Of a stretch of 64,000 nt of DNA, positions 1-9,716 are shown in pieces. The stretch is taken from the NCBI GenBank assembly GCA_044356455.1, contig JBIKWF010000007.1, forward strand, positions 15,465-79,464. The letters run 5' to 3'. The first letter of the stretch is position 1. Every line of letters starts with the position of its first letter. A program made the translations under genes and the position numbers. Origin of the DNA: Bdellovibrionota bacterium (GTDB lineage Bacteria; Bdellovibrionota_C; UBA2361; JBGSMV01). The notes under the pieces were generated by a model. That model saw only the letters and a program-made list of their open reading frames with translations, was not told the DNA's origin and did not search any database.

Positions 1-12
1 GAGGTTCCCTAA
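1..12. repeat. Right terminal inverted repeat of a MITE-like element truncated by the window edge
   Basis: GAGGTTCCCTAA is identical to the right end of the copies at 1855-1990 and 13216-13353. Confidence 0.6.
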
Positions 13-28
13 TGGCTCGATAGGATAT

Positions 29-60
29 GCCGTTCTGATAAGAGGCCGTTCTGATAAGAG
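29..60. repeat. Perfect 16-bp tandem duplication
   Basis: GCCGTTCTGATAAGAG x2 (29-44, 45-60). Confidence 0.9.
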
Positions 61-126
61 GGAGCACAGGGCCCCAATAGGACACGGGGCTACAAGGGCT
101 GCAAAAGCAGCTCGAAAAGATAAGAA

Positions 127-199
127 TGACCCCAACGGGAGTCGAACCCGTGTCTCCAGCGTGAGAGGCTAGCGTCCTAGGCCACTAGACGATAGGGCC
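127..199 (-). tRNA. tRNA-Glu (anticodon CTC), CCA not encoded
   Basis: Reverse complement folds as a cloverleaf: GGCCCTA/TGGGGTC acceptor, anticodon arm CTAGC-CTCTCAC-GCTGG, T-loop GGTTCGACTCC. Confidence 0.95.
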
Positions 200-492
200 A
201 AATACCTAAGAGAAGAGAGTAATTAGCAGAACTTGGAGGCTAGGTCCAACAGGCAGGCCTAAAAATACGCTTCGCGACTATATGTAACCTCCCGATCTCT
301 TTAGTGTCTCATCACCCTGTGGTATATCCAAACCGGCATTTATTTCTGAGCGGGGTATGAGCCCTAGCCCCATGCCTGGTTTGCACACCTTCTTTGGGAG
401 GTTGGGCCATCCGCCTGGAGCATGAACCTTAGAGAAGGGAGAAGCGAAAAGGCCTCTGGTTAAACTCGCTTGGAAAGGGAACAAGAGAAGTC

Positions 493-1824
493 ATGAATCA
501 TTCGGGAGCAGAAAGCTCCACTCCACAGCCAGAAGTTTACTCGCGGGACGAGCACCCCATCACTCACAAAGACATCGACCCCGATGCGCTTAAAATAATG
601 CAGCGCCTGATCCGGAATGGATTTAAGGCTTACATTGTTGGCGGCGGCGTGCGCGACGTGCTGCTTGGCAAAAAGCCCAAAGATTTTGATATGGCGACGG
701 ATGCAACCCCGCGCCGAATCAAGGCGTTATTCTCCAACAGTCGAATCATTGGCCGGCGGTTTAAGCTCGTGCACGTCTTCTTTGGTGGCGGGAAAATTAT
801 AGAGGTTGCGACCTTCCGTGATTCTTCAGACCCGGTAGATGTGGCCGAGGGCGAGGAGAATGATGTTCAGCAGCTCGCGCCGGATAATAGATACGGCACT
901 GAGTATACCGATGCCTTAAGGCGCGATGTTACGATTAATGGTCTTTTTTACGATTCTGCCTCGGGTTCAATCATCGATTACGTCGGGGGCATTCGGGATT
1001 TGAGCGACCGCGTGGTGCGCGTGATCGGAGACCCGCAGGTTCGTTTTGCCGAAGACCCGGTGCGCATGGTGCGCGTGGTTCGGCACGCGGCTCGCACAGG
1101 ATTTTCAATCGACAAGCAGGCGTGGGATTCCATCGCAAAAATGCACCAGCTTCTTCGCAATTGCCCTGCCATGCGGGTTTTTGAAGAGCTCAAGAAAGAT
1201 CTTCAATCAGGACATTTCCTCAAGATTCTTAGGCTCCTCGCGCAAACGCAGCTTCTTGATGTCTTTTTGCCAGACTTGCTGCATGACTATCCGGCGATTT
1301 TTGCCGAGGGCAGTCCCGTTACCAAAATCCTCGCCGAGATAGATGAGCGCTTCCGCATCGGAAAGGGGCCATCGGTCGCGGTGGTGCTGTCGGCGATTGC
1401 GCTACTTTCTAAGCCCGGGATGACTTCGTTCCTTACGCCCGAAGGGGTTGGGTTCGCTTCTCCTGAAGACCTGCAAGAGTATCTAGCGGGATGTTTTAAG
1501 TCGCTCGCGGTTCCCAGACGGGAGCGGGAGCGCATTGATTCTATTCTTACCGGGTGGCTCTTCTTAGTGCTTAACCAGGACGAGACCGTTCGTCCCTCCC
1601 GGATTGTTGATTCAGATCTCAAAGAAGATCTCATTCTGCTTCTTGAGACTCTTGAGGCGCCTGCAAGTTGGATTTCAGCAGTTGAGCGCCAGCCTCATTC
1701 GCGCGGCGGGGATGATGATTCTCGTTATCGAGGGGGCCGCGAGCGCGGTCGTCGCCCAAGGCGGCGAAGGAGCGGAAGGTCGGGCGGTCCTGGGCGTGCG
1801 CGAGATGCAGATCCTGCGCTTTAG
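493..1824 (+). CDS. pcnB: Poly(A) polymerase I
   Basis: GGGVRD..KDFD nucleotidyltransferase motif, PAP-specific IIGRRFKLVHV, RRDVTIN, EDPVRMVR, Arg-rich C-tail. Confidence 0.92.
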   Translation: MNHSGAESSTPQPEVYSRDEHPITHKDIDPDALKIMQRLIRNGFKAYIVGGGVRDVLLGKKPKDFDMATDATPRRIKALFSNSRIIGRRFKLVHVFFGGGKIIEVATFRDSSDPVDVAEGEENDVQQLAPDNRYGTEYTDALRRDVTINGLFYDSASGSIIDYVGGIRDLSDRVVRVIGDPQVRFAEDPVRMVRVVRHAARTGFSIDKQAWDSIAKMHQLLRNCPAMRVFEELKKDLQSGHFLKILRLLAQTQLLDVFLPDLLHDYPAIFAEGSPVTKILAEIDERFRIGKGPSVAVVLSAIALLSKPGMTSFLTPEGVGFASPEDLQEYLAGCFKSLAVPRRERERIDSILTGWLFLVLNQDETVRPSRIVDSDLKEDLILLLETLEAPASWISAVERQPHSRGGDDDSRYRGGRERGRRPRRRRSGRSGGPGRARDADPAL

Positions 1825-1850
1825 GGGGGCTCTGAATAGCTCCCCCTTTA
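1821..1850 (+). terminator. Hairpin after pcnB (terminator-like; also resembles a degenerate MITE end)
   Basis: AGGGGGGCT-CTGAAT-AGCTCCCCCT followed by TT, overlapping the pcnB TAG. Confidence 0.4.
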
Positions 1851-1854
1851 ATAC

Positions 1855-1990
1855 TTAGGGAACCTCTGAAAAACCTCGATTTTTAATTTTTCTCCCTGTG
1901 ATCTCTGTGTCCTCTGTGGTTTTTAAATGATTTAAATCAACCACAGAGGGCACAGAGATCACAGAGTGGACTTTTACAGAGGTTCCCTAA
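1855..1990 (-). mobile_element. MITE-like nested palindrome, subtype A (opposite orientation to the other A copies)
   Basis: TTAG-GGAACCTCTGAAAA...TTTTACAGAGGTTCC-CTAA; inner hairpin CTGTGATCTCTGTGTCCTCTGTGGTT / AACCACAGAGGGCACAGAGATCACAG. Confidence 0.85.
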
Positions 1991-2019
1991 AGTAAGCTTC
2001 GAATACTATCCTTATACGC

Positions 2020-2820
2020 ATGGACATATCATTTCCAGAACTCGCCAAAGCCACGGTCTCCATGTACTCGCGCTGCGCCAAGGAGGCGACTCAGACACTG
2101 ATCAAAGATTGGCTTTTGGTAGTTGGCTCGGTCGTACTCTTTCTTGGATTTTCGGTCGCGGGAGCTTTGCTCGCACCTCTTGGCTTGGTGGGGGGGATGC
2201 TCATCGGACTAGTAGGGCTTGCTGCACTTACCTACTACTACGCGTGGCTTACGGAGCTTACTCGATCGCCTGGTGGACAGCGCAGGGCTCGCCTCGACAA
2301 GGCGACGCTTCTTGAGTTTGATGTGAATCTCTTTTTTGTTTTGATTAGCGCATCCTTTGTGCTGTGGGTTGTTGACTGGATAGTTGGCAGTTTAATTCTG
2401 GGAATGAATGCGGGCTGGGTCAAAGTAATGCTCTCCGTAGCGCTTATCTTTCTCTTTAATTCTCTGCCCGAGACTTTGTACGTACACCGCTCTCAAAGTC
2501 TTTCAGCTTTTCAGGATTCTTTTCAGTTTACGCTGGCGAATTGGATAGAGTGGTATCTGCCCTTTTTGGTTCTCACGAGTCCGTTTCTTCTTCTCGGGAT
2601 AGAGCAGTTCCCGCTCTTTTTTGCGATGAATTCCCCGCTTCTACCTGTAGCGATGGTTTTTCAAGTTCCGCAGCTTGTTTTCCCGTCTGGGCTTGGAGTA
2701 ATTGCCGCTCTGATGGGGGTCATTCTCGCTAATTGGTTTATGCTGTTTCGCGGGTTTCTTTTTCAAGAGCTAGAACGCGGAACAAGGCGTCAGCGTATTT
2801 TTGCTGCGCGACAAAAATAA
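2020..2820 (+). CDS. Polytopic membrane protein, unknown function
   Basis: 266-aa ORF with about 6-7 hydrophobic segments; 9 bp upstream of kdsB. Confidence 0.75.
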   Translation: MDISFPELAKATVSMYSRCAKEATQTLIKDWLLVVGSVVLFLGFSVAGALLAPLGLVGGMLIGLVGLAALTYYYAWLTELTRSPGGQRRARLDKATLLEFDVNLFFVLISASFVLWVVDWIVGSLILGMNAGWVKVMLSVALIFLFNSLPETLYVHRSQSLSAFQDSFQFTLANWIEWYLPFLVLTSPFLLLGIEQFPLFFAMNSPLLPVAMVFQVPQLVFPSGLGVIAALMGVILANWFMLFRGFLFQELERGTRRQRIFAARQK

Positions 2821-2829
2821 GGGTGCCAC

Positions 2830-3621
2830 ATGAAAAATCCTTACTGCCTCGGTGTGATCCCTGTGCGTATGAAAAGCACTCGGCTTCCGGGCAAGCCCCT
2901 TAAGGACATTGCTGGTAAGACGCTGATGCAACGGGTTTGGGAGCAAGCCAAGAAAGCGACTTTGGTGACAGAAGTGGTGATTGCCACTGACGACCAGGGG
3001 ATTTTTGAGCATGCAAACGCCATCGGAGCTCGGGCCGTAATGACGAGCGACCAACATCTTACTGGTTCTGACCGTGTAGCGGAGGTGCTTTCTCTTTGGA
3101 AGCAGCGCGTTCGAACGCCCGACCTGATTGCCAATATTCAAGGCGATATGCCCTTTATAAGTCCAGCGGTGATAGACCAAACCATTCAGACGCTAGTGGA
3201 GGGAGGGGAGGAGTTCGGCATGAGCACCGTGGCCACGCCCATCGAGTCAGAAGAGGACTTTCATAGGCCTGCGGTCGTTAAGGTGGCGCTCGCAAATGAT
3301 GGCGGAGCGCTCTATTTTTCGCGGGCTCCTATTCCTTTTTGGCGTGAGCCTGGGGAAGTTAAACCCACAGAGGCAGAGCCCGTAGGGTACAAGCACATGG
3401 GCTTGTATGTGTTTAGACCGGCTGCCCTTGAGCGCATCACCACTCTACCTCCGTCGCTTCCTGAGCGCCGGGAGAAGCTTGAGCAGTTACGAGCGCTCTG
3501 CGGTGGAATTCGAATTAAGGTTGCGGTGGTGTCTAATGCTGCGGTTCAGCCCTCTATCGAGGTTGATACACCGGAAGATCTGGCGCGGGCGATTGAGGCG
3601 GCTCGTGGATTTGGAGCTTAG
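2830..3621 (+). CDS. kdsB: 3-deoxy-manno-octulosonate cytidylyltransferase
   Basis: IPVRMKSTRLPGKPL, TGSDR, NIQGD, ALYFSRAPIP, EKLEQLRAL, VDTPEDL. Confidence 0.95.
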   Translation: MKNPYCLGVIPVRMKSTRLPGKPLKDIAGKTLMQRVWEQAKKATLVTEVVIATDDQGIFEHANAIGARAVMTSDQHLTGSDRVAEVLSLWKQRVRTPDLIANIQGDMPFISPAVIDQTIQTLVEGGEEFGMSTVATPIESEEDFHRPAVVKVALANDGGALYFSRAPIPFWREPGEVKPTEAEPVGYKHMGLYVFRPAALERITTLPPSLPERREKLEQLRALCGGIRIKVAVVSNAAVQPSIEVDTPEDLARAIEAARGFGA

Positions 3622-3667
3622 GGTACGGGCTTAGTATGTTGCCTCAGTCTGGGGGGCTTACCTGGAG

Positions 3668-3802
3668 CTAGGGCAGCTCTGAAAAAGTCTGCTCTGTGAA
3701 CTCTGTGCCCTCTGTGTTTGATTTAAATTGTTGAAAAACCACAGAGGGCACAGAGCTCACAGAAAGAAAAAATGAAATAGGGATATTTTTCAGGTTCCCT
3801 AA
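3668..3802 (+). mobile_element. MITE-like nested palindrome, subtype A
   Basis: CTAG-GGCAGCTCTGAAAAA...TTTTTCAGGTTCC-CTAA; inner CTCTGTGAACTCTGTGCCCTCTGTG / CACAGAGGGCACAGAGCTCACAG. Confidence 0.85.
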
Positions 3803-3916
3803 TTAAACCCATGGCTTTCAGACAATATTGCTGCGGTGACGGGAAGTACCCTGAGTGCTAGAAATAGGGGACTCTTTTGCAACTACCCGTACTTTACTAT
3901 TGGGAGACTAGCCCCC

Positions 3917-4705
3917 ATGGCTTCCGGTCGAAGAAAGCAGATTGATATCGCAACCATCCTTGGCGCCATCGCTGCCTTTGGGTTGGTATTCTACGGCATT
4001 AGGCTGGGAGGAGACCTTAAGGTTTTCTGGGACCTTCCCTCCTTCCTGATCGTCTTTGGCGGTACCTTAGGAGCTGCCCTCATTAATCACCCACTCAGTG
4101 AAATCGGCCGAACAGCAAGTCTTATAAAGACGGCACTCTTGCCTGATCGTTCCTCTCTACGTCACCGGATTGCCCGCATACTCCATTTCTCCCGAAGACT
4201 CCGCTCTGAGGACATGGCTTCTTTGCGCAGTGAGTTCGAAGAAGAACACGATCCTTTCTTTCGGCAATGCCTTGAGCTTCTTCTTGAGGGGGTAGATGAG
4301 CATGAGATTCGGCGCGTGATGGCTATCGAGCTTACGTTCCTTGAAGATCGGCACCGAAGCGGCGCGCGCCTTTTCCAGAATATGGGCGCGATAGCTCCCG
4401 CCATGGGACTTGTGGGAACGTTAATTGGTCTCGTGCAGATGCTTCAGAATTTAGACTCTCCAGCCAAGATTGGTCCGTCGATGTCGGTGGCGCTTATTAC
4501 TACTTTTTATGGAGCCTTACTTGCCTATCTTGTGTGCCTGCCGATTGCGGGCAAGCTGCGAGTGCGAAGCGAAGAGGAATTTGTGCTTAAGGAACTCACC
4601 ATTGAAGGCGCAGTGAGTCTCTCGCAGCGTCTTAATCCAAGGGCGATCGAGCGCCGTCTACTTGGTTTCCTTCCGTCTGATAAGCGTACTTCGGAATACG
4701 ATTAA
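3917..4705 (+). CDS. motA: MotA/PomA-family stator protein
   Basis: DIATILG start, SFLIVFGGTLGA, APAMGLVGTLIGLVQML, IGPSMSVALITTFYG, PIAGKL; ATG at 3917 preferred over the upstream GTG. Confidence 0.9.
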   Translation: MASGRRKQIDIATILGAIAAFGLVFYGIRLGGDLKVFWDLPSFLIVFGGTLGAALINHPLSEIGRTASLIKTALLPDRSSLRHRIARILHFSRRLRSEDMASLRSEFEEEHDPFFRQCLELLLEGVDEHEIRRVMAIELTFLEDRHRSGARLFQNMGAIAPAMGLVGTLIGLVQMLQNLDSPAKIGPSMSVALITTFYGALLAYLVCLPIAGKLRVRSEEEFVLKELTIEGAVSLSQRLNPRAIERRLLGFLPSDKRTSEYD

Positions 4706-4750
4706 CGCTCAGAGCTAAGTGGTCGGTATAAAAAAGCTCACGGTGCAAGT

Positions 4751-5404
4751 ATGATATCTCGTAGGTCTCGCAGGCTGCGCCCTAGTGATTCCGCGCCGGA
4801 TCAGAGCTTCTCCATGTCCTTTGCGGCCTTGGTGATGATTCTTCTTTGCTTTTTTATCTACCTTAATTCCCAGATTCTCACCGATCCCATGCGCAGCTCG
4901 CGCGTCGTAGAGGCGTTACGAGAGCACTACGGCGGCGAGGAGGGGCTCAGAAAACTCCGTGCGAGTTGGGTTTCACCGAGTCAGATTATTGAGGTGGCAC
5001 GCCAGGCGGGATTTGAAGCTCTTGAAAAAGACGGGCGCATTTTTTTGATGCTGCCGGGGCGTAAGCTCTTTTTAAGCGGAGATGATGAGCTTCGACCAGA
5101 GTACGTTCCGACTCTTAAGAGGATAGCTGATCTCGTGGCCACCTTGAAGCTTAAAGCTATGATTGAGGGGCATACCGACAATCAGGCGATGAGCAGCGCA
5201 AGATTCCAGTCGAACTGGGAGCTCTCTTCTGCGCGTGCGGTTTCGGTTCTCAAGATTTTTCTTGCGAGCGGAGTGTCTCGCGACAAAGTCTCAGCCGCAG
5301 GCCGCGGGGAGTATGTGCCACTTGCATCTAACGACGACGAGGAAGGGCGTGCGCGAAATCGCCGCGTTTCTATCGTCATTGAATCGGCAGAGGAGGGGCT
5401 CTAG
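4751..5404 (+). CDS. motB: MotB/OmpA-family protein; TM segment lacks the conserved Asp
   Basis: Single N-terminal TM (SFAALVMILLCFF) plus peptidoglycan-binding domain EGHTD..SNWELSSARA..NRRV. Confidence 0.85.
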   Translation: MISRRSRRLRPSDSAPDQSFSMSFAALVMILLCFFIYLNSQILTDPMRSSRVVEALREHYGGEEGLRKLRASWVSPSQIIEVARQAGFEALEKDGRIFLMLPGRKLFLSGDDELRPEYVPTLKRIADLVATLKLKAMIEGHTDNQAMSSARFQSNWELSSARAVSVLKIFLASGVSRDKVSAAGRGEYVPLASNDDEEGRARNRRVSIVIESAEEGL

Positions 5405-5407
5405 TCG

Positions 5408-6079
5408 ATGAGACAGTACCGGAGAAGAGAAGATGAGGAACAGGGCAGCGCCTCGTGGCTGTTAACCTTTTCAGATCTTCTCCTGCTCTTACTTACCACG
5501 TTCGTCCTTAAGCTCAGCATGGCGTCTCTAGAGAGCCAGAATCTGGCCTCTGGTCTGGGCATGACACTCGAGAGGTCAGTGCAGATTCAGGAGGCGTCTC
5601 TTCAGCTGGCCAAGATACTTAAGAAAAGGTTATCAGAAGCCATGGGTCCCCCAACTCCGCTTTCTGGAGAGAAGGCAGGTCTGCGGTTTGCTGAAGAAGT
5701 GACGCTCATGCTTGTGGACCGAGGCGTGGCGATCTCTTTGGGGGGCGGTAGATTCGTTCCCGGGAAACGAGAGCTTTCGCCCGAGACTGCAGATTTTCTC
5801 GCGCTACTTGTTCAGGCACTGAGAGAGTCCGCAATCTTTATTCGCATCGAAGGACATACCGACAGCACACCCATCGCAACAACTGAGTTCCCTTCGAATT
5901 GGGAGCTCTCGGCCGCGCGCGCCATATCAGTCGGTCAGTTTTTAGTTTCTCAGGGGATTGCGGGAAATAATATTACTGCGGTGGGTTACAGTGATACTCG
6001 GCCAGTAGCAGATAATTTCTCGGAAGTAGCACGGGCCAAGAATAGGCGCGTAGAGCTTCTTATTGAGCCCACCCTTTAG
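5408..6079 (+). CDS. motB: MotB/OmpA-family protein with canonical Asp
   Basis: WLLTFSDLLLLLL TM motif; EGHTD..SNWELSAARA..KNRRVE. Confidence 0.88.
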   Translation: MRQYRRREDEEQGSASWLLTFSDLLLLLLTTFVLKLSMASLESQNLASGLGMTLERSVQIQEASLQLAKILKKRLSEAMGPPTPLSGEKAGLRFAEEVTLMLVDRGVAISLGGGRFVPGKRELSPETADFLALLVQALRESAIFIRIEGHTDSTPIATTEFPSNWELSAARAISVGQFLVSQGIAGNNITAVGYSDTRPVADNFSEVARAKNRRVELLIEPTL

Positions 6080-6236
6080 CACACGCGCGCAGTACCGCTC
6101 GCCGTAAGGCCTTCAACTGCCTGATTCTATGGGAAGTTTTGGCTTCGTGGATTAAGCCCTCAGATCAGGCTATCGAACAGGCCTGGCGCTTGAGGTTTCC
6201 GAAGTTTTGGCGCCCAAGTAGTACAAGGTAGTAGCA

Positions 6237-8339
6237 GTGTTAGACAAATCTGATGGCAGTGAACGTAGTGCGGGGACTTCTCGCGAAGGGACTTCCTTCG
6301 AGGGGCCTTCACCGTGGCCAAGACCTCCTCCCTCCGCTCCCGAAAAATCCCCCGGTTCTGCATCCAATCTCGGATCTGAATCTCTCCAGTCGCCAGAAGT
6401 TCCGAAACGAGAAGCTGGAATCGTTCAAAAGATTGAGACCCTTTCCTCTAAAGAAGAATTCGAACAAATCCTGCCCGAGATTCGTGCTGCTTTTGCCGAG
6501 GCTTCCTTGCCGCGCGAAGCGATCGTGGAAGCGCTTCGTCAGAGCGCCGAACGGGCAGTCTCTGCAGGTGACCTTGCGTATGCGGGGCTACTTCTCACCG
6601 AAGCCTTTCGGTTTGTAGATGAATATCCTGCCTTGGATAAAACAACTGCCGCGCAAGTGCTCTTTAGTTTTGCAGCCGTTTCCATCATGGCGACGTCAGA
6701 ATCTGGAGAGATGGTCACCGCAGCCGGCAAAGCAATTGATCGGGCGCTTTCCCTGGCTGCGGAGTCCGGGTTTGCCACCACTGAGAACTATGGCGCAGCT
6801 TTGAGGCGTTTCACAGAAGCCTGTTCTGACGCCGGGCACTACGAACTTGCGGCAAGTTATTCTGAGTTCGAGTATAATTTTCTCGCGGAGCGTTTTGGTG
6901 AGAGAAGCTTCGAAGCGCTCATGTGCCGTATACGGATAGTTGAGGGTTTTTTAGGGATGGGGAATCAAGAGGACGCCCTCGGCGAGGCGCTTGAGCTTCG
7001 CCATAAGCTGCCAGAGATTGATTCGCCCTATTACTTTACCACCGCGGTGATTGTAGAAGAATGTGCGGCCGACCTTTCACTGCGGGCTAAAGACCTCAGG
7101 TGCGCCTACGACATCGCTGAGGGAGCCATCGCGAGGCTGCTGCCACTTGCTACCGAAGAAACTGCGTCAAGTTTATCTGAGCTTTTTTATATTCGGGGCC
7201 GTGCCGGCTGGAGACTGGGACTAAGAGAACCTGCACTTAACGACGTAGCAAAGGCCCTTGAGCTTGAGCGACAAGGAGATCTTTGTAGGCCGCATCTGCG
7301 AGTAGCCATGGGCCTTTGGCTCGCCAAAAGATATGCTTCACTTTGGGAGCCCTCAAAGGAGTCTGCGATAGTTGAGGAACTGCTGCAGGACTTAAAGGCA
7401 ACGGGGAATGGGGGTAGTCCTCTCTTTAGGGAAGTTCTTGTCCATCAGATGTTCATGTTTCAACGTGAACGCGATATTCCGCGCATGAAAGCAGCTGCCT
7501 ACGTGTATCATCATCATCTCATTTCGCATGAGGGGCCTGAGATTGAAATGATGCAGGGGCTCCAACATCTTGCCCATATTTGGTCGGCAGGCGGGCGTGA
7601 AGACAAGGCACATGCCTACGAAATCTTGGGAGAGGCTCTCGATATACTTGGACCCAGAGAAAAAGAATCTCCAAGTGTCACCCTTGAGCTTCTAAAGAAC
7701 CGAATGTATCTCGCGGCAACTTGTAAGGGACGGAAAGTATTCGTCAGTGATTTTAAGCATGCGCTACAATTTTTAAAGACGAGCGCTTTTGAAAAAGTCA
7801 GGCTTCAAGAGGCAGAGCTGCGTCTTGAATATGCAGAGTGCCTACGCATCGTGGATGAGGGTGGTAAAGCCGCCCAGCAGCTACGCAAGGTAAAGAATCT
7901 CATCGGAGATGTCTCGCACGAAAACGCCCATCAGCATCTTGAGTTCTTGGTGCAGAGTGCGCGCGCGGCTGAGGTGAGTGGAGATAATGAGCGCGCCGTT
8001 CGGTATTTTGCCAGGGCTAGAAAGCTTTGCTGGGAGAGAGGTGCGGCCACGGCTATTGCCGTTGCTGACTTGTGTCAGGGCTATGGCGAAGCGCTTCTTC
8101 AGAAATACCAGGGTGTGCGCGAGCCTCGATTGCTACGAGGGGCTATTTCGATGCTTACCCAAGCTGAGCGACTCTACCGAGCACGACTCCTTGATAGGCT
8201 TCCCCTCTATCATCATACACTGTGCCTCATTCTTGATATTCAGAGCGAGGCGCAGCTCCTTAGTCCAGAAAGTGAAATGAAGTTTCAGGCGCGTAAGCGG
8301 CGTTATGAGGAGCGATTCGGGGTGCCCGAGGGAGATTAG
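6237..8339 (+). CDS. Large alpha-helical (TPR-like) hypothetical protein
   Basis: 700-aa ORF with Pro/Ser-rich N-terminus and repeated Ala/Leu helical pairs; start uncertain. Confidence 0.65.
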   Translation: MLDKSDGSERSAGTSREGTSFEGPSPWPRPPPSAPEKSPGSASNLGSESLQSPEVPKREAGIVQKIETLSSKEEFEQILPEIRAAFAEASLPREAIVEALRQSAERAVSAGDLAYAGLLLTEAFRFVDEYPALDKTTAAQVLFSFAAVSIMATSESGEMVTAAGKAIDRALSLAAESGFATTENYGAALRRFTEACSDAGHYELAASYSEFEYNFLAERFGERSFEALMCRIRIVEGFLGMGNQEDALGEALELRHKLPEIDSPYYFTTAVIVEECAADLSLRAKDLRCAYDIAEGAIARLLPLATEETASSLSELFYIRGRAGWRLGLREPALNDVAKALELERQGDLCRPHLRVAMGLWLAKRYASLWEPSKESAIVEELLQDLKATGNGGSPLFREVLVHQMFMFQRERDIPRMKAAAYVYHHHLISHEGPEIEMMQGLQHLAHIWSAGGREDKAHAYEILGEALDILGPREKESPSVTLELLKNRMYLAATCKGRKVFVSDFKHALQFLKTSAFEKVRLQEAELRLEYAECLRIVDEGGKAAQQLRKVKNLIGDVSHENAHQHLEFLVQSARAAEVSGDNERAVRYFARARKLCWERGAATAIAVADLCQGYGEALLQKYQGVREPRLLRGAISMLTQAERLYRARLLDRLPLYHHTLCLILDIQSEAQLLSPESEMKFQARKRRYEERFGVPEGD

Positions 8340-8470
8340 GGAACCTCTGAAAAAGGCCGCTCTGTGAACTCTGTGCCCTCTGTGGTCGAATTAAATTGTT
8401 GAAAAACCACAGAGGACACAGAGTTCACCGAGAAAAAAATAAGATAACTATTTTTTCAGGGGTTCCTTAG
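8336..8470 (+). mobile_element. MITE-like nested palindrome, subtype A, with TTAG direct flanks
   Basis: TTAG-GGAACCTCTGAAAAA...TTTTTCAGGGGTTCC-TTAG; the left TAG is the stop of 6237..8339. Confidence 0.88.
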
Positions 8471-8569
8471 CCCGAGAGAGATTCGAGAGTGCGGTCTTAA
8501 GTCGAAGAGAAGGCCTGCGACTTTGGAATGTGCCGCAGTGGATATGCCCCTGCGGAAGTTTAATAAGCC

Positions 8570-8965
8570 TCACCAGTGCGTAGTAACTCCAGGTAACTCT
8601 GAAAAAAACGCATCTCCTGAAACTAAAGTGAGATCTTCTATCTTTGCCTGCATGGCGAGCAGCCTATCAAAGGGATCTCGATGTGGGTGAGATAACAGCC
8701 CCGCTGCAATCGCGTGATGATCGTCAATTGGTAGGGAGGTTGCACCAAGCTGAGCTATTACGCGCGGATAGATTTTGACCAGCTCATTTGCGGCGCTCAG
8801 CTTCCCGAGTCTGAATTTGGTTGCGATTTCAAGCGCCGAAACGGAACTTACAAATAACTGATTGTCAGTTGATGCAATTGCTGAGCGCGCATTCGCCGAG
8901 AGTCTGTCTGGCTCCATGAGGGCCCAAAGCAGCACGTGAGTATCTAGAAGTAATCTCTCGCTCAT
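8570..8965 (-). CDS. vapC: PIN-domain VapC-type toxin
   Basis: LLLDTHVLLW, VSSVSALEIATK, HRDPFDRLL, LVSGD. Confidence 0.92.
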   Translation of the reverse strand: MSERLLLDTHVLLWALMEPDRLSANARSAIASTDNQLFVSSVSALEIATKFRLGKLSAANELVKIYPRVIAQLGATSLPIDDHHAIAAGLLSHPHRDPFDRLLAMQAKIEDLTLVSGDAFFSELPGVTTHW

Positions 8966-8966
8966 C

Positions 8967-9269
8967 TCAATTCTTATCTTTGCCCTTACGCTTGGTCATG
9001 CGAGAAGTTGAGTACGTTGGGCTAGTCTCATGCACGGCCGCGGCATCCCAGCCAGCTAGCTCGTCTTCGGGCAGTGGATCGAAAAATTCGGGTCCTACTG
9101 AACCAGCTATGAAGCCAAGTTTTCTCTCCGACGTGATTGGAACCAGTTCAGCATAGGGCACGCCAGCTTTAGCAATTATAAAACGTTTCCCTTGAGCTAC
9201 TTGCTCCAAGAGGGCGGAGAGATTTGTCTTTGCGGCGTGCACATTAATAACTTCGGCCCCCTTTTTCAT
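8967..9269 (-). CDS. Phd/YefM-family antitoxin
   Basis: INVHAAKTNLSALLEQV...IIAKAGVPYAELVP...FFDPLPEDEL; 1 bp upstream of the PIN toxin. Confidence 0.9.
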   Translation of the reverse strand: MKKGAEVINVHAAKTNLSALLEQVAQGKRFIIAKAGVPYAELVPITSERKLGFIAGSVGPEFFDPLPEDELAGWDAAAVHETSPTYSTSRMTKRKGKDKN

Positions 9270-9274
9270 AAACT

Positions 9275-9289
9275 TAGTTTACTAAACTA
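9275..9289. promoter_or_regulatory. Palindromic operator candidate for TA autoregulation
   Basis: TAGTTTA-C-TAAACTA just upstream of the antitoxin start; TATATT -10-like element on the minus strand at 9294-9299. Confidence 0.55.
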
Positions 9290-9716
9290 GACTAATATAA
9301 TCAAGCTAAAACTTAAATTGCCCAAGACTAGCGAAAACGTCTAACGTGTTGATTATATTATGACGCATCCGAAGGTGGCCTTCTCGGTGCCGCCGGGTTC
9401 TAAGCTACGTCGGAGGGTGAAATTGCTGCCAAGAAATGTATGTTTCTACGAGCGTCCTTCGTACACCTGAACTTTGCAGGCGAGGGAAGTCGATATTGAC
9501 TCAGACAAGTTTGCCAGCCAGGGCTAAGCTGGGGAGCAGGAAGAGGGCATAACCAAATAGCGTCTGAGCGTGGTTAGTGCACGCCTGGGTGCGCATCAAC
9601 CGGCAGTTCTCGTGCTTGACTGGATTCGCAATCTATCAACCAGAAGCTGCGCGCCAAATTCATAACCGCAGCAAGCAGCGTCTGACCTGGCCCTCGGCGA
9701 TAAGTTCCAGATTGCC

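Noticed and set aside
3917..6079. Zorya ZorAB anti-phage system
   Set aside because: MotA is normal length without the long ZorA tail, and no zorC/D/E-like genes are adjacent.
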